DNA of 64,000 bases from Alphaproteobacteria bacterium (GCA_965237415.1 CBDEFM010000002.1:2208001-2272000); one strand, 5' to 3'. Shown: positions 53,079 to 63,672, numbered from the stretch's first letter. Program-made: numbers and translations. Notes: generated from the sequence alone by a model not told the origin.

Positions 53079-53267
53079 ATCCACGACTTGCGTCATACGT
53101 TCGCTTCCGAGGCGGTAATGGGGGGCGAGAGCTTGCCGATGGTGGGGCGGATCCTGGGCCATACGCAAGCGCAGACGACCGCGCGTTACGCCCATATCGC
53201 CGACGATCCCCTGCAGAGGGCGTCGGAGCGGATTGCGTCATCTCTCAAGCAGGCGATGGACGGATAG
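53079..53267 (+). pseudogene. tyrosine integrase C-terminal fragment
   Basis: IHDLRHTFAS...GRILGHTQAQTTARYAH. Confidence 0.9.
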
Positions 53268-53840
53268 GACAAGGTCTTATCGGCGCAATCTGGAAAACTT
53301 CCATGCCCTGGAAATTTCAGTGGAGCGGAATAGTTCCCGGGTTATTGCCAAGCGATGGAGTGCCGGTGCGCGGGGTGAGGATCGGTATCTAAGAGGCGTT
53401 GGTGCGAAGCGGACGAGGCGGTCGCGCTGGTCGCACGGGGTATGGCTACGGCCATCGAGGGAGCGAGGTTAGCGCTGTTGAACAGCGGCGGCGTGAGCGT
53501 GGGTGCGGTTGCTGAAGCTTCCCCCTTCGGCAGAATCGCCGGGTGGGCGCCGCTATGTGTGGCCGGCATGGATTTTTCCTCAATTGGCATTTTCAATTTC
53601 AGCCCGGTGCCATTAATCGGCTCGGTTCTGCCCTTGGCGAAGGCGGCTTCCCCAGCCGGCTGGCAGGACATCGGCGAACAGGCGTCGGCACCCACGCGCT
53701 ACGCGGCCGCCCCGGCGGGCATTGGCGCGAGCGTGCCCGGCGCCCGCGACTGAACAGGCCCGGCCGCGCTGCGGCGGCCGCTGCGACGGTGTCCGTTCCC
53801 TGCCCGCCCCCGATGCCAGGTGCGCATCGGAGGTGGTGTC

Positions 53841-55397
53841 ATGCATGTCGTTGTCGTCGAGTCCCCGGCCAAGGCAAAGACCATCGGGCGGTATCTCGGC
53901 GACGGCTACAGGGTCTTCGCCAGCTACGGCCATGTGAGCGACTTGCCGGCCAAGGACGGCTCGGTCCGGCCCGAGGACGGCTTCGCCATGACCTACGTGA
54001 CGGCGCGCCGGGCGAACCGGGTGCTGAGCAGCATCAGGGCCGCGCTCAAGGACGCCGAGAGCCTGATCCTCGCCACCGACCCGGACCGCGAGGGCGAGGC
54101 GATCGCGTGGCAGGTGCTGACCTGGCTCCAGGAGAAGGACGCGATCGGGGAGAAGCCGGTGTGCCGCGTCGACTTCCACGAGATCACCGAGCATGGGGTG
54201 CGCGACGCGATGGCGCATCCGCGCGACCTCGACATGGACCTGGTGCGGGCGCAGCAGGCGCGCAGGGCGTTGGACTACCTGGTGGGCTTCCACCTCTCGC
54301 CGGTGCTGTGGCGCAAGGTCCCCGGAAGCCGTTCGGCCGGGCGCGTGCAGTCGGTGGCGCTCCGCCTCGTCTGCGAGCGCGAGGCGGAGATCGAATCCTT
54401 CGTGCCGCAGGAGTACTGGACCGTGGACGTGCAGCTGGAGGCGGCCGGCGGCGGGAGCTTCACGGCAAGGCCGGTCATGCTCGACGGCAGCGAGCTCGAC
54501 CGGCTCGGGATCGGCACCGGGACCATGGCGGAGGACGCCGCACGGCGCATTCGCGAGGGGCGGTTCACGGTCGCGACGGTCGAGCGGAGGGAGATCGGGC
54601 GCAACCCGGTGCCGCCCTTCGACCAGATCGCCACCGCCGACGTGATGGCCGTCCTGATCCCGCACTGGCACACCAAGAACGAAACCATGCGGCGCGTGCG
54701 CCAGCGGACCGGCGCGGTGATGAAGTGGGCCGTCGCCCAGGTCTACCGCGACGACAACCCCGCGGGAGACGCGATCTCGGCCGCGCTGCCGAAGACGGGA
54801 ACCATGCGCAAGCACCAACGCGCCCTCCCCTTCGCGGAGGTCGGCGCCGCGCTCGACAAGGTGAGGGCGTCAGGCGCGTTCACGAGCACCGTGCTCGCGC
54901 TCGAGTTCCTGGTGCTGACGGCCTGCCGGTCCAGCGAGGTCCGGCTTGCCAGATGGGACGAGGTCGATCTCGAATCGGAGACCTGGACGGTCCCGGCGAG
55001 CCGCATGAAGGCGAAGCGCGATCACCGGGTGCCGCTGCCTGCGCGCGCGCTGCAAATCCTGCACGAGGCGCGGGAGCTCTCGGGCGGCTCGGGCCTGGTC
55101 TTCCCCTCTGCGCACGGCCGCGCGCTCAGCGACAGCACGATCTCCAAGCTCCTCCGGGACCTCGGGATCGAGGCCGTGCCGCACGGCTTCCGCTCGTCGT
55201 TCCGGGACTGGGCGGCGGAGTGCTCGGATGCGCCCCGCGAGGTCTGCGAGCTCGCTCTGGCGCACGTGAATTCGGATAGGGTGGAGGCGGCGTACCGCCG
55301 GACGGACCTGTTCGAGCGCCGCCGGGTGCTGATGGAGGAATGGTCGCGATTCGTGGGGCGATCGGCTGAAAGCGGCGAATATCGAGGCGAGCGGTAG
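53841..55397 (+). CDS. chimeric ORF: topoisomerase IA N-terminus (TOPRIM) fused to a P4-like integrase core/catalytic domain
   Basis: VVESPAKAK, ATDPDREGE, SAGRVQ...PPF | DQIATADV, TACRSSE, HGFRSSFRDW, LAH, AY; junction ~54620. Confidence 0.85.
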   Translation: MHVVVVESPAKAKTIGRYLGDGYRVFASYGHVSDLPAKDGSVRPEDGFAMTYVTARRANRVLSSIRAALKDAESLILATDPDREGEAIAWQVLTWLQEKDAIGEKPVCRVDFHEITEHGVRDAMAHPRDLDMDLVRAQQARRALDYLVGFHLSPVLWRKVPGSRSAGRVQSVALRLVCEREAEIESFVPQEYWTVDVQLEAAGGGSFTARPVMLDGSELDRLGIGTGTMAEDAARRIREGRFTVATVERREIGRNPVPPFDQIATADVMAVLIPHWHTKNETMRRVRQRTGAVMKWAVAQVYRDDNPAGDAISAALPKTGTMRKHQRALPFAEVGAALDKVRASGAFTSTVLALEFLVLTACRSSEVRLARWDEVDLESETWTVPASRMKAKRDHRVPLPARALQILHEARELSGGSGLVFPSAHGRALSDSTISKLLRDLGIEAVPHGFRSSFRDWAAECSDAPREVCELALAHVNSDRVEAAYRRTDLFERRRVLMEEWSRFVGRSAESGEYRGER

Positions 55398-55528
55398 GTC
55401 TTGCCTCCGACGAAGTTCGCGAGGGCTGGTGTGAAGGGGTTGAAGCCGCGGGTCGGAGGCGTGAGGGTGGAAGGAGTGGCGCCAAGCGGCCGCTGGTACG
55501 CGTCGATGGCGCTCGACGGTGCGATTCA

Positions 55529-55594
55529 GAAAATAGCATTACCCGCTATTTGCGAATTCTCTGAGATTCGATAATATCGAGTCGCGCTATTTTC
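55529..55594. promoter_or_regulatory. palindrome-rich putative operator/promoter of fic
   Basis: GAAAATAGC...GCTATTTTC outer IR, AAATAGC-N7-GCTATTT, TCGATA-A-TATCGA. Confidence 0.4.
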
Positions 55595-55624
55595 ACTCCC
55601 GAAAATAAGGGATGTCGTCTGTCG

Positions 55625-56824
55625 ATGGCGGCTGATCCGAATCGCCGGCCACATGGCCGCGTCGTGCGAGGCTCTGGCGGCTACACCGCATTCGTGCCCG
55701 CACCGCTACCCCCACCGCTGGCGTGGGACGGAGAACTCGTGGCTGCGCTCTCGAACGCAGACCGGGCGATCGGCCGTCTGGCCGGCGAGGGCTGGCGGTT
55801 TGCCAATCCCGAAATCTTTATCATCCCCTTCCTTCGGCGGGAAGCGGTGCTGTCAAGCCGCATCGAGGGTACGCGAACGACGCTTGAAGAATTGCTCGCC
55901 GCGCAGGCGGGCGTGCCGGTGGGGCGAGGCTCTGAGGATCTCGAAGAGGTCGTGAACTACGTGGATGCGCTGGAGTACGGGCTGGAGCGCCTGGACACGC
56001 TGCCGCTGTCCTTGCGCCTGATCCGAGAGATCCACGAGCGGCTCATGCGCGGCGTGCGCGGCGATACGGCAACCCCCGGAGAATTCCGGCGTAGCCAGAA
56101 CTGGATCGGACCGCCCGGATGCACGTTGAACGATGCGAGTTACGTGCCACCGCCCGCCGATGAGTTGATGGGATGCCTCGACGCGCTGGAACGATTTCTG
56201 CACGACGACACGCTGCCACCGCTGGTCCATGTCGGCATCGCTCACGCGCAGTTCGAAGCCATTCACCCGTTTCTTGACGGCAACGGGCGGGTGGGTCGTC
56301 TTCTCATCACGCTGCTGCTGGTCGAACGTGAGATTCTGCCATCGCCGCTCCTTTATCTGAGTGCCTACTTCGAGGCGTCTCGCGAAGAGTACTACGCGCA
56401 TTTGCTGGCGGTGACCCAGGAAGGCGCGTGGGAGCGTTGGTTGGCCTATTTCCTTCGAGGCGTCCAGGTCCAGGCTGAGGACGCAATTGACCGGATGGTA
56501 GAGATAAACGACCTGTTCGAGGAATGGCGGGAGGCGCTCGCTGGCGTTCAATCCGGGCGGCCCGAAGAGGTGTTGCGCCTGTTCATCGGAAATCCCTTTT
56601 GGACGGCGAGCGGGATCGCCGAAGAAATGGGGGTCGCCTACACGACGGCGCGGCGGGCCATTGAACGACTGGAAGAGGCTGGAATCGTGTCACAGACTGG
56701 GACGTCGAAGCGTAACCGTGTCTACTGCGCCCGCGACATGCTCGAGGTATTGGAAGCCCCCCGCGCGGCAACGCGGACAGCTTCGACTAAGGATAATATC
56801 CAAGCGGTGGACGAATTAGCATGA
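55625..56824 (+). CDS. Fic family protein with C-terminal HTH
   Basis: EAVLSSRIEG inhibitory motif, HPFLDGNGRVGR. Confidence 0.95.
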   Translation: MAADPNRRPHGRVVRGSGGYTAFVPAPLPPPLAWDGELVAALSNADRAIGRLAGEGWRFANPEIFIIPFLRREAVLSSRIEGTRTTLEELLAAQAGVPVGRGSEDLEEVVNYVDALEYGLERLDTLPLSLRLIREIHERLMRGVRGDTATPGEFRRSQNWIGPPGCTLNDASYVPPPADELMGCLDALERFLHDDTLPPLVHVGIAHAQFEAIHPFLDGNGRVGRLLITLLLVEREILPSPLLYLSAYFEASREEYYAHLLAVTQEGAWERWLAYFLRGVQVQAEDAIDRMVEINDLFEEWREALAGVQSGRPEEVLRLFIGNPFWTASGIAEEMGVAYTTARRAIERLEEAGIVSQTGTSKRNRVYCARDMLEVLEAPRAATRTASTKDNIQAVDELA

Positions 56825-56937
56825 ATGCTGCATTTCTGCGAAGACTCCTCTGTAAAGAGTTTTAATGAACCGGGAAGTCCGACACAACTGACGGGCACAA
56901 GGGATGAAATGTGTACTAAATCAGCGAACTCCAGACG

Positions 56938-59900
56938 ATGACTAGCATTCCTGAGGAGACTGCTGTGCCGCGGGGAGACCTATCCCGGCAAGCTGTAGCG
57001 TCCTTAGGCGGTTACACTTATCAAATCTATTTGAGCGCTTTGGCGTGGGCTGAATTGAAGCCACACGAAATTCTCTTTCTTGAGATTGCTGAAGATTTCG
57101 CCGTTGTCGCACGAGACGCATTGCAGGCCGTTCAGGTTAAGTCATCGAGGAAAAGTTTGACGCTCAACTCCAAAGAAACTATCGCGGCAATTGAAAGCTT
57201 CATTAGCTTGCAAAAGAAAAACAATACGAGTCGAGTACATCTTGTCTATCATACTGCCGCAAATGCGGGTAAGGAGAGACGAAAAGTCGACCGCATAGAG
57301 GGAAAAGGTGGAATAGAATACTGGCGAGATGTTCAGAATGGCGCAGACGCAAAGCCGCTTCTTGATAGAGTGCTCGCGTTAGACCTAAAGGCAGAGACCA
57401 AGCAATACATTAGTAACTTATCCTTGGGAAGGTTCAAGACAGAAGTCGTTTCAAGATTGGAATGGCGCTGTGGTCAAAAATCATTGACTGAAGCTAAGGA
57501 AGAACTAGAACGAGTTATGGTTGAGTACGGAACAGCGTTAGACGTGCACCCGGAAGATTGCGCTACAGCCATGCGAGTTGTTGTCGGCACCGTGCTTGAA
57601 AGAGCCAGTGAGAAGGGCACCAGGAGGCTTGATATAGAGGATTTCGGGTCAGTTTTTCGCAGAGCAACCTCGATCCGCATTGATAACAGGCACTTGCGTG
57701 CGTTGGCGGAGGATATAGTACAGAACCAACCCACCGAGTTGGTGGACCGAGAACTCATCTGCCTGTGCGAAGAGCTGAGATTGCTTCGATTTTTTGAGGA
57801 ATTTGCTAGCAAGACGAAGGCAGAAGCACTTCTGCAGCGAGTGCTGAACGGCACCCTCTGCGGGGGTAGTCCGTCGGTGCGTTCCCGAGCATTGGGTTGG
57901 TGTGCACGAGTACTCTATATCGATCCTCAGGAGTATGACTTGAAAGACTGTCTAGATGCAATATCGCGCATGGCGCCCACTCCCGAGAGCCAAGTGGCAA
58001 AGGTGTTGTGCGAACACAGAGACAGTCTAGAAGAGACAGTGTCGTTGCTGACTACTCAAGGATCGAAGGTGGCACGATCGGCAGCTCTCATGCGCATCGT
58101 GAATGAGCAGGGCCCCGAGGCCGGTCTTGAATGGTTCAAGGCTGTATGTGCATCAGTCACTGAAATAGATGGCTGCGGAATGACCTCTCTTCTTGCTGGG
58201 TTATGTCAAGCCAGTAAGTGGGACAAAGCCTTCGCACTAGCAGATCAAATTGATTTGGCGGATGCCCGGGAATACCCTGCCCTATGTCAAGTGCTGACGG
58301 TAGCTAAAGTTGCGCGCACTGCGCCCGACGAATTTCGATTTGTTCTGTTGGCGGGTGTCCCCTTTGATGCGGAGAGCTTCAAGCTGTCCGAGGACGCTGA
58401 GGATCAAGAGCACCGAAATGCTGCCGCGGAACTTTTGGATCACGTACAAGAATGCGCGATGGCAGCAAGTCTGCCGGATACGGCAAGATATGCTAAGCAG
58501 TTCGCTCTTTGGCTCCGACTGCGCTCGCCGACGCAACGTGATGAAGCCAGACGACAACTGCGTGTAGACCTTAGCGATCCTGATAAATCGCTGTCGGTGG
58601 TAAACCTCGCGCTTTGCTTTGGTGTGGAGGTGGATGCAGAGGAGGTAGAGAAGGCCATTCGCCAGTCCACAAGTCAAAACCTTGGAAAACTAACCATGGA
58701 TGGCGCATGTGCGAGGCTTGCGCTGATACTTTCAAGTGGCGACGCGAACGTGGTAGCAAACGAGCTTCGAGAGCATCGAAATGCTCTTTCGGAGCGACTG
58801 GACGGAGATCAATTGTTTCTCTTGGAGTTTGGAGCGCTTTGTAGTGCGGGACGCCGAACAGAGGCAAAACATCTTCGAGAGAGATCTGGTGAGCGCGGTG
58901 AGCATGTAGAACGGCTGGCGAGCCATATGCTCGCGGAGGCGGAAGGAGCCGACGCGCTAGAGCTTCGTCTTGCTAGATTTGAAGAAACCCTAAGGACCGA
59001 GGACCTTGAGGCGGTTATTCAAGCTCTGCGCGATAAGGACGATCACAGACAGCTGGCGGACTATGCGGAGCGTTTGTACGAGAGAACGCATGATCTAAAC
59101 GATGCCAAGCAATTCGTGAGAGCATTGGATGATTCTAAACAGTTCGATCGCGCGGACAAATTTCTTGATAGTCATTTGGGGATGGTAGACGAGAACGCCG
59201 AATTGTCTACTCGGTATTGTATGTCACAGCATCAACGTGGCGATGTTAATGGTGCCTGGGCGAGAATTTTGAAACTGAGGAAGATATCGGACACAGAAAC
59301 ACGCCGAGGGCTTTTCGTTTCGATTTGTATTGCTTCAGGCCGATGGAGCGAACTTGAGCAATTCGCCAGTGCTGAATATGAGTCTAGGGCCGATCGTAAG
59401 CCTGAAGAACTGGTTCGAGCCGGTCATCTAGTCGCGAGAAGCGCGCCACGTGTGTCACGTGAATTGGTGGAGGCCGCAGTGCAGGCGGCGGCTGACGAGC
59501 CGAATATATTGGCAGCAGCTTACTTGATTGCATCCAACTCCGGATGGGAGGAGGAGCCGGTAGTCGGGGAGTGGCTGAGAGGGGCAATCGCTCGATCGGG
59601 AGAAACGGGTCCTTTTGTTAAGATATCATTGGAGGACTTTGTTCGCAGTGCGCCGGAGTGGAATGAACGTGAAGCAAAGATTTGGGAGGCTCTTCAGTCG
59701 GCTCACATACCCATTTCACTTGTTGCGGCCGCTCTGAATCGACGCCAGACAGACTTGACCTTAGGCGTAGCGGTGGCCAACCGGAAGATCGCAGATCCTA
59801 GACGGAGGGGTATTATCCCAGCATTCCACGGGCATGGGCGTTCACCAAGTATTGAGTCAGTTGAAAGGGTAGTGATCGATCCTTCCGCGTTACTGACTCT

Positions 59901-62900
59901 TTCTGACTTAGGAGTGCTTGAGAAGGCCCTGAAAGTTTTCGATTGCGTTTACATTCCCTTTGAAACATTGCCGCAATTGTACGAGGATCTAGATCGAGCC
60001 CAATTTCATCAGCCGAGCCGGTTACGCACTGCGCGCGCGGTGCTTGATGGGGTGCTAGATGACGTTCTAACACCTTTGGACCCCGCACCAGCGGTCCAGG
60101 GTTGGCTGATTTCTCAAGTTGGACGTTCAATGGCTAGGCTGCTAGGTGCTGCCAAGAGTGTCTCTATGGAGGGTGACGTCTTCGGATATGTCGTTCACCC
60201 TGGAACAATAACTAAACCAATTACTTTAGGAAAAGACCCCGCGAACTTGGGTGAATTGGGAGCGCATGTGATTAGCTGCACAACCCTAGTGCAGCACCTA
60301 CGGCATATAGGGAGCATGTCGTTTGAAGACGCATCGAAGGCGATGAATCTACTTACGTTGCGGGGTGATTGTCCGCCCAGCGATGAAAGACTACAGGCCA
60401 ATTGCACTATATTCCTTGATCGTTTGGCCGCGGAGTACTTGGTGGAGTTAGGTGCTCTTGAGACGTTACGGCGTGCAGAACGGCCCGTCTACATTCTTGC
60501 AGACGAAGTGGATAGTGCAAAACAGCTCCTGGAGTACGAAAAGCGAGCGGATCAGGTGAAGTCTAGCATAGAGCGCATGCGTTTCCTCTTAGCAGAAGGT
60601 ATAGAGAGCGGTCGCATCATTGTGGGTGCTAGTGCGGATACGGCGGGTCGTGAAGAGGAGCTCGGAAAAGCGGGTAACGTGATTGCATCAGCGTTGCAAT
60701 TGCTCGAACACGTTGATGCGTTTGTCTGTAATGATCGAGCGATCAACAAGAATCTGAGTGTTACTAACGAGGGTGTGTCGCGGCCTGTCATCAGCACGCT
60801 CCAACTACTTGGCCGACTAGTCGAACGTGGAGAGTTGAGCGAAGAAGACGAAATCCGTTGCAGACACATGCTTCTGAGTGCGAACTACTTTTTTGTGCCC
60901 CTTAACGCGGAGGATTTAGACTATTGTCTCGATCGAGCCGTAATGATTGATGGAGAACTGGTTGAAACTGCCGAAATGCGGGCACTGAGGGAATATCTTG
61001 CGGCTTGTGCAATGTGGGATTGGCTTCAATTGCCCGAGGAAGGAGCTTGGTTGAAGCAGTCACAGTCGGCAGTTCGATCTTGTATATGGAGACAGTGGGA
61101 GAGAGCGGAAGGTGTTGAGGTGGCCAAGGTAAAGTCGAAGTGGCTGTTAGAGTTGTTTGACTTTCGTGACTGGGCGCGGTTCAGGCCATTCGAAGGTGAA
61201 TCTTCGATTTCAATTCGAGCCGTACAATTGTTCCTACTAACGATACCGCTCGGAACAATGCCCACGAAGGCTCGTACCGTATTCTTGGATTGGCTTGAGC
61301 AAGGGTACATCGCTGGCTTGCGGGATTCATGTCCACCATTATTCAATGAACTCGTTTCATCGGCTAAAGAGCTTATAGAACGAGCTGTTGAAGGTGTGGA
61401 CGAGGAGCATGGCAAAACAATTGTAGCGATAGATGTACTTCGTGATTTTCCTAAGTCGCTATATCAGGCACTTCTGCAGGAGAAAGACCTGATAGCGAAT
61501 TTTTCTATCCCTCGGGAAACAATAGTTCGAATTGCAGAGCCAGCGCCTCATTTTAAACAAGCTGAATTGTATGAGGTAGCTAGAAAGCTGTTAGAGAGGG
61601 TTGGAAGTGTTCAAGTCCTGCCCGACAAGCGGGATGTGAACTGGGAATTTACATGTAGTGACACGCACATATTGACTTGTACTGATGGAACAACCACGGT
61701 CGAGATGCCAGAATTGCGTTATGTTGCATCTTCAAGGGAGCTTCGCATTAGGGGTTTTGAAGCTCTGGCCCGAGGGAGTCTACCTAAGTCCGCAATAGAG
61801 GGTTGGTTGCGTGGCCTTGAAAGAGGCCCATTGGAGAATGCGGACATTACGGCGCTCCACGACGATGTAAGAGCGACTCCAGGTACTGTGGGGCGCCACG
61901 TCCAACAAGCAGTGCAAGTGGGTTCCTTTAGGTGGAATGATTTGATCCCGACCGACAGCCTGTATTGCACGCGCCTAGTGGGCAGACCGGATTTGTGCCA
62001 AACACTCGAAAGCTATCTGGAGAGTGGCTTCAGACGATGGTTTGAGGATCTTCCGGATGTGGCGATGGGCCAAGCAGCAAGGACGATGCTGTTGGCGTGT
62101 AATCTTGGTGAAATCTCGCAGGAAGCCTCTAAATTTATTCGTGGCAAGGTGGATGCGCTGGAGGTATTGAATTGGGCAGGAGAGCAAGATGTACCTGCAG
62201 TGCGGGTGGCGGCGCTTGAGGTGTTCCTCCCGTGGAGCATCGACGACGAGAGCTTGCGGCAACCGCTTTCGCAATTGCTAGAAACGGTGGTCGACACGGA
62301 TGTGTCGAAGGAGAGTAGTTCATACCGGTTCTATGTAGATCTCTATTTGGCGATTGCCGGTCACGTCGCATCGGGACTATGTCTTCGGGAGCAGAGTACA
62401 TTTTACCGACATCTCTATATTGCTGCAGAAGTCAATATACTTCAACAGTGCTTCTCGGCGTCTGCTGTTGATACCACAACATTAGCGCGAGGGATGCGGG
62501 AGGACAAAGCATTCGCGTTTAGTATGCGGGCGCTGGTAGACATGGCGGAATGGCCAAGGTGGCATACGAAATATATGACCCCAGAGATCATGCATGCCGA
62601 TCACCTGGGGAGAATATGGATCGCTGCAGGGGAGCTTGAGGATAAGTTGCCCGAATGTGAGTTAAGGAATCTCCTGTTTGGTGATCTGGAAGACTGTCTG
62701 AAGCCCAATGTGGTGTTTCCGTTGTCATATTTGCCGGGGCCTCTTGAGGGTCGTCGTTCTGATGTATGCAATCAGTCGGAGGAAACAAGAACGGCGATCA
62801 ACGATCAACTAAATGAACGACCGGTGTCAGATCGTACCTTTGCTGGATTGATCACTGCTGGCATGACCTGCGGGGTGTTTGCCGATCAATGCGAGAAGGC

Positions 62901-63321
62901 CAGAGAAGCACTGGAAACAGTGGATATGTGTTTCTCCGATATGGAGGACGATGATAACTTGTGGATCATGCTTGATGGTTTGGCTCAGATGTCGGCACAG
63001 TCTCAAGACCCCCTATTGGCCAAAGAGATAGCTCGACTGTGTCGAAACCATTCGAGCGAAGTAGAAGGTTCTATAGGTTATGCAAATGCTTTGGGGATAG
63101 CGCTGGCAGCCTCTGCGGCCATCGACCAACCTATGGAGAGGTTTAGGTTCTTTGGAGAGTTTGTGGAATATTTCGCGTTCCGAGAGCTGACCAAAGAGGA
63201 GTGTGCAGAACTGGTAGGTAACCTTGCCACGATATGCCGGGTCGAGCCTGATCTCTATCCATTTCTCAGCAAATCAATGAGCGCTTTGCAGGCTTACATG
63301 AAATCACCGACAGGGCGCTAA
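56938..63321 (+). CDS. 2127-aa multidomain protein: N-terminal restriction-endonuclease-like (Cap4/DUF4297-like) domain, TPR-like helical repeats, PIN-like domain(s)
   Basis: GYTYQ...LEIAEDF...AVQVK; long helical region; VVIDPSALL, IFLD and VCNDR PIN-like segments. Confidence 0.65.
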   Translation: MTSIPEETAVPRGDLSRQAVASLGGYTYQIYLSALAWAELKPHEILFLEIAEDFAVVARDALQAVQVKSSRKSLTLNSKETIAAIESFISLQKKNNTSRVHLVYHTAANAGKERRKVDRIEGKGGIEYWRDVQNGADAKPLLDRVLALDLKAETKQYISNLSLGRFKTEVVSRLEWRCGQKSLTEAKEELERVMVEYGTALDVHPEDCATAMRVVVGTVLERASEKGTRRLDIEDFGSVFRRATSIRIDNRHLRALAEDIVQNQPTELVDRELICLCEELRLLRFFEEFASKTKAEALLQRVLNGTLCGGSPSVRSRALGWCARVLYIDPQEYDLKDCLDAISRMAPTPESQVAKVLCEHRDSLEETVSLLTTQGSKVARSAALMRIVNEQGPEAGLEWFKAVCASVTEIDGCGMTSLLAGLCQASKWDKAFALADQIDLADAREYPALCQVLTVAKVARTAPDEFRFVLLAGVPFDAESFKLSEDAEDQEHRNAAAELLDHVQECAMAASLPDTARYAKQFALWLRLRSPTQRDEARRQLRVDLSDPDKSLSVVNLALCFGVEVDAEEVEKAIRQSTSQNLGKLTMDGACARLALILSSGDANVVANELREHRNALSERLDGDQLFLLEFGALCSAGRRTEAKHLRERSGERGEHVERLASHMLAEAEGADALELRLARFEETLRTEDLEAVIQALRDKDDHRQLADYAERLYERTHDLNDAKQFVRALDDSKQFDRADKFLDSHLGMVDENAELSTRYCMSQHQRGDVNGAWARILKLRKISDTETRRGLFVSICIASGRWSELEQFASAEYESRADRKPEELVRAGHLVARSAPRVSRELVEAAVQAAADEPNILAAAYLIASNSGWEEEPVVGEWLRGAIARSGETGPFVKISLEDFVRSAPEWNEREAKIWEALQSAHIPISLVAAALNRRQTDLTLGVAVANRKIADPRRRGIIPAFHGHGRSPSIESVERVVIDPSALLTLSDLGVLEKALKVFDCVYIPFETLPQLYEDLDRAQFHQPSRLRTARAVLDGVLDDVLTPLDPAPAVQGWLISQVGRSMARLLGAAKSVSMEGDVFGYVVHPGTITKPITLGKDPANLGELGAHVISCTTLVQHLRHIGSMSFEDASKAMNLLTLRGDCPPSDERLQANCTIFLDRLAAEYLVELGALETLRRAERPVYILADEVDSAKQLLEYEKRADQVKSSIERMRFLLAEGIESGRIIVGASADTAGREEELGKAGNVIASALQLLEHVDAFVCNDRAINKNLSVTNEGVSRPVISTLQLLGRLVERGELSEEDEIRCRHMLLSANYFFVPLNAEDLDYCLDRAVMIDGELVETAEMRALREYLAACAMWDWLQLPEEGAWLKQSQSAVRSCIWRQWERAEGVEVAKVKSKWLLELFDFRDWARFRPFEGESSISIRAVQLFLLTIPLGTMPTKARTVFLDWLEQGYIAGLRDSCPPLFNELVSSAKELIERAVEGVDEEHGKTIVAIDVLRDFPKSLYQALLQEKDLIANFSIPRETIVRIAEPAPHFKQAELYEVARKLLERVGSVQVLPDKRDVNWEFTCSDTHILTCTDGTTTVEMPELRYVASSRELRIRGFEALARGSLPKSAIEGWLRGLERGPLENADITALHDDVRATPGTVGRHVQQAVQVGSFRWNDLIPTDSLYCTRLVGRPDLCQTLESYLESGFRRWFEDLPDVAMGQAARTMLLACNLGEISQEASKFIRGKVDALEVLNWAGEQDVPAVRVAALEVFLPWSIDDESLRQPLSQLLETVVDTDVSKESSSYRFYVDLYLAIAGHVASGLCLREQSTFYRHLYIAAEVNILQQCFSASAVDTTTLARGMREDKAFAFSMRALVDMAEWPRWHTKYMTPEIMHADHLGRIWIAAGELEDKLPECELRNLLFGDLEDCLKPNVVFPLSYLPGPLEGRRSDVCNQSEETRTAINDQLNERPVSDRTFAGLITAGMTCGVFADQCEKAREALETVDMCFSDMEDDDNLWIMLDGLAQMSAQSQDPLLAKEIARLCRNHSSEVEGSIGYANALGIALAASAAIDQPMERFRFFGEFVEYFAFRELTKEECAELVGNLATICRVEPDLYPFLSKSMSALQAYMKSPTGR

Positions 63322-63441
63322 CGAAAATCACTCAAATAGGGTTGTGTCATCTATGCTGGGCCCCTTCACTAGTAGCCAGCTTGAGTCACATTTGGCAACT
63401 AAAGGGAATTCCTGATGATTGTCTCAATGACGGATATGCTC

Positions 63442-63473
63442 TAAGTGTCCACCTAAATAGAAGTGGACACTTA
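63442..63473. repeat. 11-bp inverted repeat between convergent genes (terminator or protein-binding site)
   Basis: TAAGTGTCCAC-N10-GTGGACACTTA. Confidence 0.6.
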
Positions 63474-63672
63474 CGAGGCGCCCATTTCCCGATCGCTTAG
63501 CCCGCCAAGAATCCTAGCACCAGAACAGGCGGCTTTCGACGGTTGGTTACCCACAATTGTCCTAGTCCGCTAGTAGAGGAGCGGCTGCCCTTTAGCGAAA
63601 ATGAGCGTCCTGCCGACACTCTGGGAAGTGAGAGAAGGTGGTGAAGGTAAAGCTAGCCCTATGGTCAAGGCG

